From Candidatus Eiseniibacteriota bacterium (GTDB lineage Bacteria > Eisenbacteria > RBG-16-71-46), in assembly GCA_963744995.1 (NCBI GenBank), contig CAVUWA010000011.1, forward strand, positions 21,577-85,576: 64,000 bases of DNA, given 5' to 3'. Made by a program: the position numbers and the translations under genes. Below, in pieces: positions 54,333 to 63,155 of this stretch (the stretch's first letter is position 1; each line of letters begins with the position of its first letter). Under the pieces are notes generated by a model. That model did not search any database and was not told where the DNA came from. It saw only the letters and a program-made list of their open reading frames with translations.

Positions 54333-55342
54333 GCGACGCGCACCCGGCCCGGGACGGCGCGTCCGCCGGGCCGCCGGGCCGTCCGCTCCACGCCTGGTAC
54401 AGCGACCACTTTCCGCTGCCGCTTCCGGCCGGGCATCCGTTTCCACTGGCGAAGTACGGCGCCCTGCGCGAGTTGCTCGTTGCGGGCGGCGTGCTCGACG
54501 CCGCGCACGTCCACCCCTCGGACATCGCGCCGGAGGAGTGGCTCGCGCTCGTCCACAGCGCGGAGTACATCGCCCGCGTCGGTCGCGGCGAGCTCGGCCC
54601 GTCCGAGCGGCTGCGTCTCGGCCTGCCGTGGTCGGAGGCGCTCCTGGCCCGCGCGCGCGCGGCGCTCTACGGCACCGTGATGGCGGCCCGCGCGGCGCTG
54701 GTGCACGGCATCGCCGGGAACCTCGCCGGCGGCACGCATCACGCCTACCGCGACCGCGCCGAGGGCTACTGCGTCTTCAACGACCTCGCGGTGGCGATTG
54801 AGTGGTTGCGGGCCGAGGGCCGGATCGCGCGGCCGTTCGTCGCCGACCTCGACGTGCATCAGGGCAACGGCACGGCGGCGATCTTCGAGCACGACGAGAC
54901 GACGTTCACGTTCTCGATGCATGGCGAGGCGAACTACCCGAACCCCAAGGAGCGCAGCTCGCTCGACGTGCCGCTCGCCCGCGGCTGCGACGACGCCACG
55001 TACCTCGCGGCGCTCGACGCGCACCTGCCGGCGGCGCTGGCGCGGCACCGGCCCGACATCGTGTTCTATCAGGCCGGCGTGGACGGGCTCGCCGAAGATC
55101 GCTTCGGCCGCCTCGCGCTCACCCACGCGGGCCTCATCGAGCGCGACCGGCGCGTCTTCCAATGGTGCGAAGCTCGCGGACTCCCGATCGTGATCGCGCT
55201 CGGCGGCGGCTACGGACGCCCGCTCGAAGCGACGATCGCCGCGCACGCGAACGTCTGGCGCGTCGCGCGCGAAGCCCTTGCGCGGCGCCCGGCCACGGCC
55301 GGCGCGGCGCGGCCGGCCGAACGCGCGACCGACGGCCGCTGA
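54329..55342 (+). CDS. Histone deacetylase-family (AcuC/HDAH-like) amidohydrolase
   Basis: Its GTG start overlaps the upstream stop. The blocks WYSDHFPLPLP...GGTHHAYRDRAEGYCVFNDLAVAI...DLDVHQGNGT are HDAC signatures. Confidence 0.7.
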   Translation: MSDAHPARDGASAGPPGRPLHAWYSDHFPLPLPAGHPFPLAKYGALRELLVAGGVLDAAHVHPSDIAPEEWLALVHSAEYIARVGRGELGPSERLRLGLPWSEALLARARAALYGTVMAARAALVHGIAGNLAGGTHHAYRDRAEGYCVFNDLAVAIEWLRAEGRIARPFVADLDVHQGNGTAAIFEHDETTFTFSMHGEANYPNPKERSSLDVPLARGCDDATYLAALDAHLPAALARHRPDIVFYQAGVDGLAEDRFGRLALTHAGLIERDRRVFQWCEARGLPIVIALGGGYGRPLEATIAAHANVWRVAREALARRPATAGAARPAERATDGR

Positions 55343-55545
55343 TCCGGGGGCGGTGCCGGCGTGCCCGCGGGCCGTGCGGCGCGGCGCGGCCGGCGACCGC
55401 GCGCCGCGTCGCGTCCACGCCGTTCACGAAACCGGCAACAGCGTTTTCACCCGCATGAATATTGGTCGAAATCGCTTGACGCGCGTCGTGGCGTTGCTAG
55501 GATGCGCGTGCCCTGCCCCCGGGGTGACGAGGGGAGGTGAAGGGT

Positions 55546-55932
55546 ATGCAGCAGGGCATTCGAGCGCTCGCCACGTGCGTGGCGATGGCGCTCGTCGCGA
55601 CCATCGCGGCGCCGGCGATCGTGCCGTCCGCACACGTCGCGCACGCGGCGGCGTCCTCCACGCCGCAGGCCGCGTCCAAGGCTACGAAGAAGGTGCGGGT
55701 GAAGACGTATCAGTTCACCGGCGTGATCGTGGCGATGGACAAGTCGTCGATCACCGTCGAGAAGGGCAAGAAGAAGCCGACGCGCAAGGTCTTCTCGAAG
55801 TACGAGAAGATGAGGGTGAAAGGCGACCTCGAGAAGGGCGCCCGCGTCACGGTCTACTACCGCAAGCAGGGCGACGAAGCGATCGCGCACCGCGTGGTCG
55901 TGAAGGAAGAGCCTTCCGCGAAGGAGGGCTGA
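55546..55932 (+). CDS. Small secreted lysine-rich hypothetical protein
   Basis: GGAGG lies 7 nt before the ATG, followed by a signal peptide (MQQGIRALATCVAMALVATIAAPAIVPSAHVAHA). Confidence 0.4.
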   Translation: MQQGIRALATCVAMALVATIAAPAIVPSAHVAHAAASSTPQAASKATKKVRVKTYQFTGVIVAMDKSSITVEKGKKKPTRKVFSKYEKMRVKGDLEKGARVTVYYRKQGDEAIAHRVVVKEEPSAKEG

Positions 55933-55988
55933 TCGGCTCCGGGCCGGGCGCGCCTCCGCGCCCGGCGCCGGCGAACCTCGCGGGCCGG

Positions 55989-57995
55989 CTACACCCGGCG
56001 CACCACCACCAGCGTCACGTCGTCGGCCTCGAGATGGCCGTGCGTGAACGTCCGCACGTCCTCCAGCACCGCCTCCGCCACGCCGCGGGAGTCGAGTCCG
56101 CGCGCGACCAGCCGCGGTACGAGGTCGCGCAGGCGATCGTCGCCGTACATGTCGTCCCCGCGCTCGGCCTCGGTGATGCCGTCCGAGTACAGGACCAGCA
56201 CGTCGCCGGTCTCGAAAGGCGTCTCGCCTTCCTCGTAGGGCATGCCCTCGACCATCGCCAGCGGCAACCCGGTGGATTCGAGCAGGATCAGCGCTCCGCC
56301 GCGCATCAGCAGCACCGGGTTGTGCCCCGCGCTGCAGTAGCGCAGCGGCCCGTCGCCGTGCGGGAAGATCCCGAGGAAGAACGTGGCGAAGCGTCCGGGA
56401 TCCGTCGCGTGATAGAGCGATGCGTGCATGGCGGAAACGATCGCCTGCGGCGATTCGCCCGCGCGCGCCTCGGCGTGAAACGAGGCACGCAGGTGCGACA
56501 TGAGCAGGGCGGCCGCGACGCCCTTTCCCGACACGTCGCCCACGCACACGGCGAGGCGGTCGGCGCCGACGCCGGTCCAGTCGTAGTAATCGCCGCCCAC
56601 CTGCTGCGCCGGGATGTTCAGCCCCCAGACGTCATACCCTTCGACCTTCGGCGGCCTCGCCGGCAGGAGGTTGCGCTGAATCGTACGCGCGACTTGAAGC
56701 TCGTGCTCCTGCGCCCGCGTGCTGCGATCGATGAGCACGCGGCGGAAGACCTCGGTGCTGCCCCAGGTGAGCGGGGGCAGCAGCAGCGCCATCGTCGCCG
56801 GCACCACGATCCCGCCCCACGCAAACAGCCCGAACACCACGGCCGACATCAGCACCAGCGCGCCGAACATCGTCGCGAGCGCGCGCGGCAGGGGCAGCGT
56901 CATGAACATCCATCCCAGCGTCGCCGCGATGAACGCCAGCAGGGCCATGGTGAGGACCTGCGGGGCGGGCCTCAGGAAGCGCCCTTCCAGGTCGGCATTC
57001 ACGGCGTTCGCGTGGATGAACACCAGCGGCGTGGCGGAGGAGAACGGCGTGGGGCCGATATCCGTCGCGTTCTCGCCCACCGCGGTCGCCCCGACGAGGA
57101 CCAGGCGGTCCCTGAACGCATCGCGCAACCGCTGCGTTTCACCGTCGCGATACCAGCGCAGCACGTCGATCATCGAAGTGTGGTTGCGGAACGCCTCGCG
57201 GTCGCCGGCGAAGTCGATCGCGGTCGCGCCTTCGGCATCCACCGGCACGACCAGCCGCCCGCCGCCCGCCCAGTGCACGGTCACGGCTCCGTCGCGCAGC
57301 TCGAGGTCGGGCAGCGTCGTGTCGGCGCGCGCCCCCGCCGCGACGCGGAATGCGAGCGACGGATAGACGCGGTCGCCGTAGCGAACGAACTGGGGCACGC
57401 GCCGCACGACGCCGTCGGGATCGACCGCCACCGACGCATGGCCGAGCCCCGACGTCGCCGCGAGCAGGGCGTCGTAGGGCAGCGAGACCCGCACCGCGGC
57501 GGCCGGCCAGTCCCCCGAGAACGGCAGGCCGTGTTTCATGAGCAGGGCCTGCTCGAACGGCGCCGTCGCCGCGCCGCCGCCCTGCGCGGGATCTTCGGGG
57601 ACGAATGCGACGGCGTGAACGACGTTCGGATGCATGGCCGTCACCGCGGCGAGCAGTCGATCGCCCTGCGGGTCGTCCTCGTCTTCACCGAGGAACAGCA
57701 GATCGAACCCCACGCTGCGCGCCCCGGCTTCGGCGAGCGCCGCGATCAGCACGGCGTAGGTTTCGCGCGGCAGGGGCCAGCGCCCGTATTCCGCGATCGT
57801 TTCGTCGTCGACTTCCACGAGCGCGATGCGGTCCGACGCGGGTCGCGTCCCGCGGGCCAGATAGGCGACGTCGAGCAGCTTGAGATCCGGAATGCGGAAC
57901 GCACCGAAGCCGTGGAGCAGGGCCAGCAGCACCCACGCGGTCAGCGCGATGCCGACGCCCCGCAGCCACTGCTGTCGCGGCCCCGTCGGGCTCAT
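55989..57995 (-). CDS. CHASE2 sensor domain fused to PP2C-type (SpoIIE/RsbU-like) serine/threonine phosphatase
   Basis: The order is N-terminal TM, a periplasmic CHASE2-like region, three TM helices, then the PP2C domain (GGDYYDW...VGDVSGKGVAAALLMS...YSDGITEA). Confidence 0.75.
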   Translation of the reverse strand: MSPTGPRQQWLRGVGIALTAWVLLALLHGFGAFRIPDLKLLDVAYLARGTRPASDRIALVEVDDETIAEYGRWPLPRETYAVLIAALAEAGARSVGFDLLFLGEDEDDPQGDRLLAAVTAMHPNVVHAVAFVPEDPAQGGGAATAPFEQALLMKHGLPFSGDWPAAAVRVSLPYDALLAATSGLGHASVAVDPDGVVRRVPQFVRYGDRVYPSLAFRVAAGARADTTLPDLELRDGAVTVHWAGGGRLVVPVDAEGATAIDFAGDREAFRNHTSMIDVLRWYRDGETQRLRDAFRDRLVLVGATAVGENATDIGPTPFSSATPLVFIHANAVNADLEGRFLRPAPQVLTMALLAFIAATLGWMFMTLPLPRALATMFGALVLMSAVVFGLFAWGGIVVPATMALLLPPLTWGSTEVFRRVLIDRSTRAQEHELQVARTIQRNLLPARPPKVEGYDVWGLNIPAQQVGGDYYDWTGVGADRLAVCVGDVSGKGVAAALLMSHLRASFHAEARAGESPQAIVSAMHASLYHATDPGRFATFFLGIFPHGDGPLRYCSAGHNPVLLMRGGALILLESTGLPLAMVEGMPYEEGETPFETGDVLVLYSDGITEAERGDDMYGDDRLRDLVPRLVARGLDSRGVAEAVLEDVRTFTHGHLEADDVTLVVVRRV

Positions 57996-58008
57996 GGCCG
58001 GAGCGTTC

Positions 58009-58740
58009 CTACTTCATCCAATAGAGCACCGACGCGACGTGGTCCGTGTCGCCGGCCCGCGGGCCCGCCGAACGCCAGGTCCGGGCCGGGTTGCGGGCCC
58101 GGGAATGAGTTCGTGTCGAGTCCTTCGCGGCGCCGGCCTTCATCGAGTCGCCGGGCACCCGCATCGTGGCGGCGTCCAGGAGCGCGCGGACTTCCTGCGG
58201 GCTCACGAACGGCTTGTCCGAGCCGCGCTGCGCCCGGTCCCTCGCCTCCGACAGGCCGAGCAACCGCGCCGCCGCGACTTCGCCGCCCGCGAGCTTCACG
58301 CCACGCGCGGCCTCGGCCTCGGCTGCGTCCGTTTCACCCATGAGCATGAGCGTGGTCGCGCGATTGAGAATGACGCCCGCCGCCTTCGGCTGCGCATCGA
58401 GGGCACGGTCGTAGAACGCGAGAGCCACGTCGAGATCGCCGCTCACGACCCGCAGGTTGCCCAGGTTGTTGAGCGCGCGGGCGTCACCGGGCGATGCCGA
58501 GAGCATCGACACGAACGTCGACTCCGCGCCCTTGGCGTCACCGGACATGGCGAGCATCACGCCGTACTCGCAGCGGCGATCCGCCGAAGCGGCGGCCGCG
58601 GACGGCGTCGCGTCCTTCCCCGCCACCGCCTGCGGGGGAGCACCCTGCGCTTCGGCCGTTCCGGCGGCGAGCCACAGTGCCACGACGGCCCACGCGGCGC
58701 CGTGCCATCCTCGCCTGTTTCCAACGTTTCCCCGGCTCAT
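58009..58740 (-). CDS. Secreted TPR-repeat protein ending ...VLYWMK
   Basis: It has a signal peptide (MSRGNVGNRRGWHGAAWAVVALWLAAGTAEA) and TPR-like helices (ALNNLGNLRVVSGDLDVALAFYDRAL). Confidence 0.55.
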   Translation of the reverse strand: MSRGNVGNRRGWHGAAWAVVALWLAAGTAEAQGAPPQAVAGKDATPSAAAASADRRCEYGVMLAMSGDAKGAESTFVSMLSASPGDARALNNLGNLRVVSGDLDVALAFYDRALDAQPKAAGVILNRATTLMLMGETDAAEAEAARGVKLAGGEVAAARLLGLSEARDRAQRGSDKPFVSPQEVRALLDAATMRVPGDSMKAGAAKDSTRTHSRARNPARTWRSAGPRAGDTDHVASVLYWMK

Positions 58741-58747
58741 GATCGCC

Positions 58748-59335
58748 TCATTTCTTCCAGTACATGAACTCGTGGATCCGGCGGGCGGCTTCCGCACGCA
58801 CTGCGGAATTCCGCATCCGCCCCGCGGCGGGTCTTCCCGCGCCTTCACCGCCAATTGCCTTCCGCGCCGCGCCTTCGGGCGATGTCCCGGATCCCGCGGC
58901 CCGCTGCAGGACATCGATGAGCAGGAGTCGTGCCGCATCGTCGGCGCCCGCATCGGCGTCGAGATCGAGCAGCGCGAGCGCCGGGGCGAGGCCGCCGGCC
59001 TCGTCGAGCCCGCGGGCGAGCGGCGCGGCGGCGGCCACCGTGTCGCCCCGCACGTATCGCACGAGCCCGAGGTTCAACGCCAGCCCGGCGTCGGCCGGAT
59101 CCGCGGCGGTCGCCCGCCGCAGCCAGTGTTCGGCGGCGGCCGGATCGCCCTCGGCGGCGGCCACCACCGCGAGCCCGTTCATGGCGGCGGCCGACGTGGA
59201 GTCCGCCGCGTACGCCGCCTCGAGGCGCGCGTGCGCCTCGTCCCAGCGGCCTGCGAGCGCGTAGACGTGCGCCACTTCCAGCGCGCCGGCGAGCGAAGGG
59301 GACGGCGCGCCGAGATCGCCGAAACGGCGGCTCAT
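58748..59335 (-). CDS. TPR-repeat protein paralogue ending ...FMYWKK
   Basis: TPR-like repeats are present (WDEAHARLEAAYAAD...AEHWLRRATAADPADAGLALNLGLVRY). Its C-terminus is similar to that of the neighbouring TPR protein. Confidence 0.5.
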   Translation of the reverse strand: MSRRFGDLGAPSPSLAGALEVAHVYALAGRWDEAHARLEAAYAADSTSAAAMNGLAVVAAAEGDPAAAEHWLRRATAADPADAGLALNLGLVRYVRGDTVAAAAPLARGLDEAGGLAPALALLDLDADAGADDAARLLLIDVLQRAAGSGTSPEGAARKAIGGEGAGRPAAGRMRNSAVRAEAARRIHEFMYWKK

Positions 59336-59339
59336 GAAA

Positions 59340-61316
59340 TCACGTTTCCACTCGCTGACCACCGTGGCGTCGCGGCGTCAGCCGCTTCCGCAGATCCGCC
59401 TCGTCGATGTCCACGTCGGCCCGGCGCCCCGGCGGCACCACCGGCTCGAAGCGCGCCTGCGCGGCCGCCACGTCGACGAATTGCACGCGCCCGCGGGCCT
59501 TCCATCCGGCGTAGGCCTCCGCGCCGATCTCCCAGGCGCGCGCGAAACCCTGCGCGAGGGCGGTCGTCTCGAGCGGAATCCAGACCTGCTCATCGTCGAT
59601 CACCAGCAGGTCCGGGTCGATGCCCAGCGCGATCGCGTTGCGCTCGTGGACGCCGGTGCCGACCAGCAGCGACAGGTGCCCGGGCACGTCGACGAACCGC
59701 GTCGGCACGCCGACGTTCTCGAGCAGGGCCGCCATGAGCACGGTCGTGTCGTCGCAGTCGCCGGTGCGCGTGCGCAGCGTCTCGTACGGGTAGTGCACGG
59801 TGTCCACCGCGTTCTCGGTCTCCGAGATTTCCGTGTACGGATTGTTCGGGTCCGGCACGTAGGCGATGCCTATCGAAGCCAGCGCGTCCGTCATCGCCGC
59901 AGCGAAATCCAGGTTCCGGTTGCCGAAGGGGCGATTCTCCATGCGCACGACGGTGCCGCTGGCGGCGCGTGCGACGGCGTCCACGAGCGGATCGCGCGTG
60001 GTCACGAACGCCGCCGCCTGCGCGACGCCGTCGCCCCACAGGATCGCGCCCGGCGCGTAGGCCACGCAGCGCGCCGCGGACCTGTCCTCCCGGATCAGAC
60101 GCCGGCTCTGGTAGCTCGCCTTCACCTCCACCTGGACCGGCCGGTCCTCGCTGCGCGCCAGCGCGCGGTCGGTGAACACGGCGGTCATCGGCACTTGCTG
60201 CACGGCTTTCGGCCGGAGCAGCAAGGTCTGCACCGAGGGCGCGTCCATGAGATCCGGAACGAACACGCTGAGTTGCGTCTGCAGCGGCTCGTCCTCGAGG
60301 TTGCGCAGCTGGATCGTGCCGAACGCATCGTGCGCGTAGCGTTTGAGCTGCGAGGTGAAGATGGCCTCGGCCTCGACGTGTTCGATCCGGACCCGCGACG
60401 GATTGAAGTTGAACGCCAGCGCCAGCGCGAAGTGATCCGTCGCGTCGAGCGAGGGGTGCTCTTCGCGCGCATAGTCGAAGTGGAAGATGCCGGCTTTGAG
60501 CCCGATCCCGTAGGACCACGTGCTGCCCTCGCCGCCACGGGTGTCGTTCTGCACCCCGGCGCGCAACGCGAGCGCGTCGAGCGGGTAGGCCTCGACGCCC
60601 AGGTGCCAGCGGTCGTCGAGGTCCAACGCCACCGTGCCCACCTTCGGCAGCTGGTATGCCGCCGCGGCGCGCAGATTGCGCGGGTAGACCACGCGCGAAC
60701 CGCGCGTCTCGTCGCGGATCCGGGTATCGAAGGCGTCCTGGGCCACCAGCGCTCCGCGCAGTCCGTGCCACGGTCCGGCCAGGATCCCGAAGTCCGCCCC
60801 CGTGCCCTGGCCTTTCGCGACCTCGGCGCCGTCCAGCGTGATGCTGCCGTTCAGGTACTTGATGCCGGCGCCGGCCGACAGCCACGGCACGATCCGCAGC
60901 CCGTAGGAGAAATCGATCCGGTTCTCGCCCGCGCCGAGCTCGTCGTCTTCGTAGCCCGAGTGGTACCAGGCGGACGCGGCCACCTGGCGCACCGACAGCG
61001 GCAGCACGAACGACACCAGATTGTCGCGGATGCCGCTGCCGAACAGGTCGGCGTGCGTCGCCGCGACCTCCTGGTGTCCGATCTGCGGGAGCCCGGCCGG
61101 ATTCCAGAAGGTGGCCGACCCGTCGTCCGCGACCGCGCTGAATGCGCCTCCCATGGCGATCGCCCGCGGTCCGACCGGCACCTGGTAGCTCTGGGCGCGG
61201 GCCGGGCCACACGCCGCGCCGAGCATCGCGAGGGCGCACACCGCGACCACGACCGCCGGAGCTCCTCCGCGGGTCGCCCCGCGCCTGTGGTGGCCGGGTG
61301 GGAACATGCGCGAAGG
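59340..61316 (-). CDS. PorV/FadL-like outer-membrane beta-barrel fused to C-terminal transglutaminase-like (Cys-His-Asp) domain
   Basis: It has a signal peptide (MFPPGHHRRGATRGGAPAVVVAVCALAMLGAACGPARA). The barrel block is AIAMGGAFSAVADDGSATFWNPAGL... followed by alternating beta-strands. The C-terminal block TGDCDDTTVLMAALLENVGVPTRFVDVPGHLSLLV is transglutaminase-like. Confidence 0.55.
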   Translation of the reverse strand, partial: PSRMFPPGHHRRGATRGGAPAVVVAVCALAMLGAACGPARAQSYQVPVGPRAIAMGGAFSAVADDGSATFWNPAGLPQIGHQEVAATHADLFGSGIRDNLVSFVLPLSVRQVAASAWYHSGYEDDELGAGENRIDFSYGLRIVPWLSAGAGIKYLNGSITLDGAEVAKGQGTGADFGILAGPWHGLRGALVAQDAFDTRIRDETRGSRVVYPRNLRAAAAYQLPKVGTVALDLDDRWHLGVEAYPLDALALRAGVQNDTRGGEGSTWSYGIGLKAGIFHFDYAREEHPSLDATDHFALALAFNFNPSRVRIEHVEAEAIFTSQLKRYAHDAFGTIQLRNLEDEPLQTQLSVFVPDLMDAPSVQTLLLRPKAVQQVPMTAVFTDRALARSEDRPVQVEVKASYQSRRLIREDRSAARCVAYAPGAILWGDGVAQAAAFVTTRDPLVDAVARAASGTVVRMENRPFGNRNLDFAAAMTDALASIGIAYVPDPNNPYTEISETENAVDTVHYPYETLRTRTGDCDDTTVLMAALLENVGVPTRFVDVPGHLSLLVGTGVHERNAIALGIDPDLLVIDDEQVWIPLETTALAQGFARAWEIGAEAYAGWKARGRVQFVDVAAAQARFEPVVPPGRRADVDIDEADLRKRLTPRRHGGQRVET

Positions 61317-61394
61317 GTGCGCAATCGCCGACCACGATACAAGCACGATCCACGCTGGTGCGGCCCGCGGGGCCCCGTTATCCTCGCGCACCTC

Positions 61395-63155
61395 ATGGCC
61401 CGCCGCCCCCGCGTCACCGCCACGCGCGCCCTGCGCGAACTCGAACGCCTGCGCGACCGCTTCGGCGCAGACGCCGCGCGCGCGAAGCTCGAATGCATGC
61501 GCGTGCTCGGCCGGGCGCGCCTCGCGCGTGCCGCGGAAATCCTGCGGCTCCACGAGGCGCTGACCTTCGTGCTCGCCTACCCGGACGGACCCGGTGTGCG
61601 GCGCGCCGCGGCGCGCGCGCTCGCCGGTTTCGCGGGGCGCCGCGACCTCGGCGCGCATCGCGACGCGCTCGCCGACTCCGGGATCGCCGGCACCGACATC
61701 TGGTTCCGCTTCTTCGAGCCCACCGCCCGGTGGCTCGCCGAGCGCTGGCCCGCGCACCTCGAGATCGACTGGGAGAACTTCGATCACGCCGACCGGCTCG
61801 CGACGTTCCTGCCCGTGCTCGCGCATCCGGCCGAACAGCCGGCGCTGGACGAGCTGGACTGGAGCGGGCGGGCGTGGCTCGGGGCCATGAAGTCACCGCG
61901 CGAGACCGACGCCGCGTTCCTGGTGCGCCGCTTCGCCGCAACGCAGCATGACCCGCTGCTGCGCGAGCGCCTGTGGGACGAGCTCGACGTGCCGCTGTGG
62001 GTGCGGGCGCGGCCGGCCGGGAAGCGCCGGGTGCGGCGCACGACGGCGGCGACCGGGCCCGCGCGCACGAACGCGCTCGATGCGCGCGCGCAGGTGACGT
62101 TCCGGACGGGCCCGCTCCACCGCGCCCGGCCGGACCTGGCGCAGGCGCTCGCCGCGCGCCCGGCCGTGCGCGCCGTGCCGCCGCGCGACGGGCGGCGCTA
62201 CATCGACCTTGCGCGCGTCGCGATGATCACCCGGGCCCGTGATCTCGACGCGTTCTCGTGGGCCGATCCGCGCGACGTGCGCCTGGTGGACTTCGGCGAC
62301 GGTCTCACCTTTGCCTGCGTGGGCCAGGTCCCGGAGCGCCGGCTGATGTTCGAATCGGTCTACGGCTACCTGACGTTCATGAACGGCGTGCCGACCGGCT
62401 ACGTGCTGACCGCGTGCCTGTTCGGCTCCGCCGAGATCGCCTACAACGTGTTCGAGACGTTCCGCGGCGCCGAGGCGGCGCCCGTCTACGGCCGCGTGCT
62501 GGCGATGACGCGCCACCTGTTCGGCGCCGATACGTTCATGGTGCCCCCCTACCAGCTCGGCGACGGCAACGACGAAGCGCAGCGCTCGGGGGCGTGGTGG
62601 TTCTACCAGAAGCTGGGCTTCCGCCCGCGCGACGCGGCGACGCGCCGGCTGATGGGCCGCGAGCTGGCGCGCATGAAGCGCAACCCGCGGCATCGCTCGT
62701 CGATCGCCACGCTGGCGAAGCTCGCGGAGGCGCCGGTCTACTGGAGCGCAGGCCCGGGGCGCCCCGCCGTCATGGGCCGCCTGCCGCTCGGCGCCCTGGG
62801 GCTCGCGGCGACGCGGTTGCTGGCGAAGCGGTTCGGCTCGGCGCGCGAGGAGGGCGCAGCGGCCCTGGTCGACGAAGCCGCGCGCCGCACCGGCCTGCGC
62901 TCGATGCGCGGCTGGAGCCGCGCGGAACGCGCCGCATGGGAGCGCTGGGCGCCGATCGTGGTGCAGCTGCCGGGGCTTGCGCGCTGGAGTTCCGCCGAAC
63001 GGCGCGCACTCGTGCGGGTCGTGAAGGCCAAGGGCGGGCGCCGCGAATCCGACTTCGTGCGCGCGTTCGACGCACATCCGAAGCTCGGCAGAGCGCTGCT
63101 GCGTCTCGCGCGGCACGGTCGCGGCGGACCGGGCCCGTCGCGCCCGTTCAGATGA
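61395..63155 (+). CDS. Hypothetical protein (possible acyl-CoA N-acyltransferase-like C-terminal fold)
   Basis: Its composition is coding-like, unlike the overlapping frames. The block ...VFETFRGAEAAPVYGRVLAMTRHLFGADTFMV...AWWFYQKLGFRP resembles a GNAT C-terminal motif. The 59334-61394 part of the same ORF is rejected. Confidence 0.4.
   Translation: MARRPRVTATRALRELERLRDRFGADAARAKLECMRVLGRARLARAAEILRLHEALTFVLAYPDGPGVRRAAARALAGFAGRRDLGAHRDALADSGIAGTDIWFRFFEPTARWLAERWPAHLEIDWENFDHADRLATFLPVLAHPAEQPALDELDWSGRAWLGAMKSPRETDAAFLVRRFAATQHDPLLRERLWDELDVPLWVRARPAGKRRVRRTTAATGPARTNALDARAQVTFRTGPLHRARPDLAQALAARPAVRAVPPRDGRRYIDLARVAMITRARDLDAFSWADPRDVRLVDFGDGLTFACVGQVPERRLMFESVYGYLTFMNGVPTGYVLTACLFGSAEIAYNVFETFRGAEAAPVYGRVLAMTRHLFGADTFMVPPYQLGDGNDEAQRSGAWWFYQKLGFRPRDAATRRLMGRELARMKRNPRHRSSIATLAKLAEAPVYWSAGPGRPAVMGRLPLGALGLAATRLLAKRFGSAREEGAAALVDEAARRTGLRSMRGWSRAERAAWERWAPIVVQLPGLARWSSAERRALVRVVKAKGGRRESDFVRAFDAHPKLGRALLRLARHGRGGPGPSRPFR

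Noticed and set aside
55278-58343. Plus-strand 1021-aa ORF spanning the CHASE2-PP2C region
   Set aside because: It is antisense to a gene with clear PP2C motifs, and its translation is Arg/Gly/His low-complexity.
59334-61394. 5' two-thirds of the 1273-aa plus-strand ORF (59334-63155), and the internal minus ORF 59590-61353
   Set aside because: This region is antisense to, or frame-shifted from, the barrel-transglutaminase gene. The translation is Arg/Pro-rich. Only the part from 61395 onward, after a signal-less Met with varied composition, is kept as a gene.
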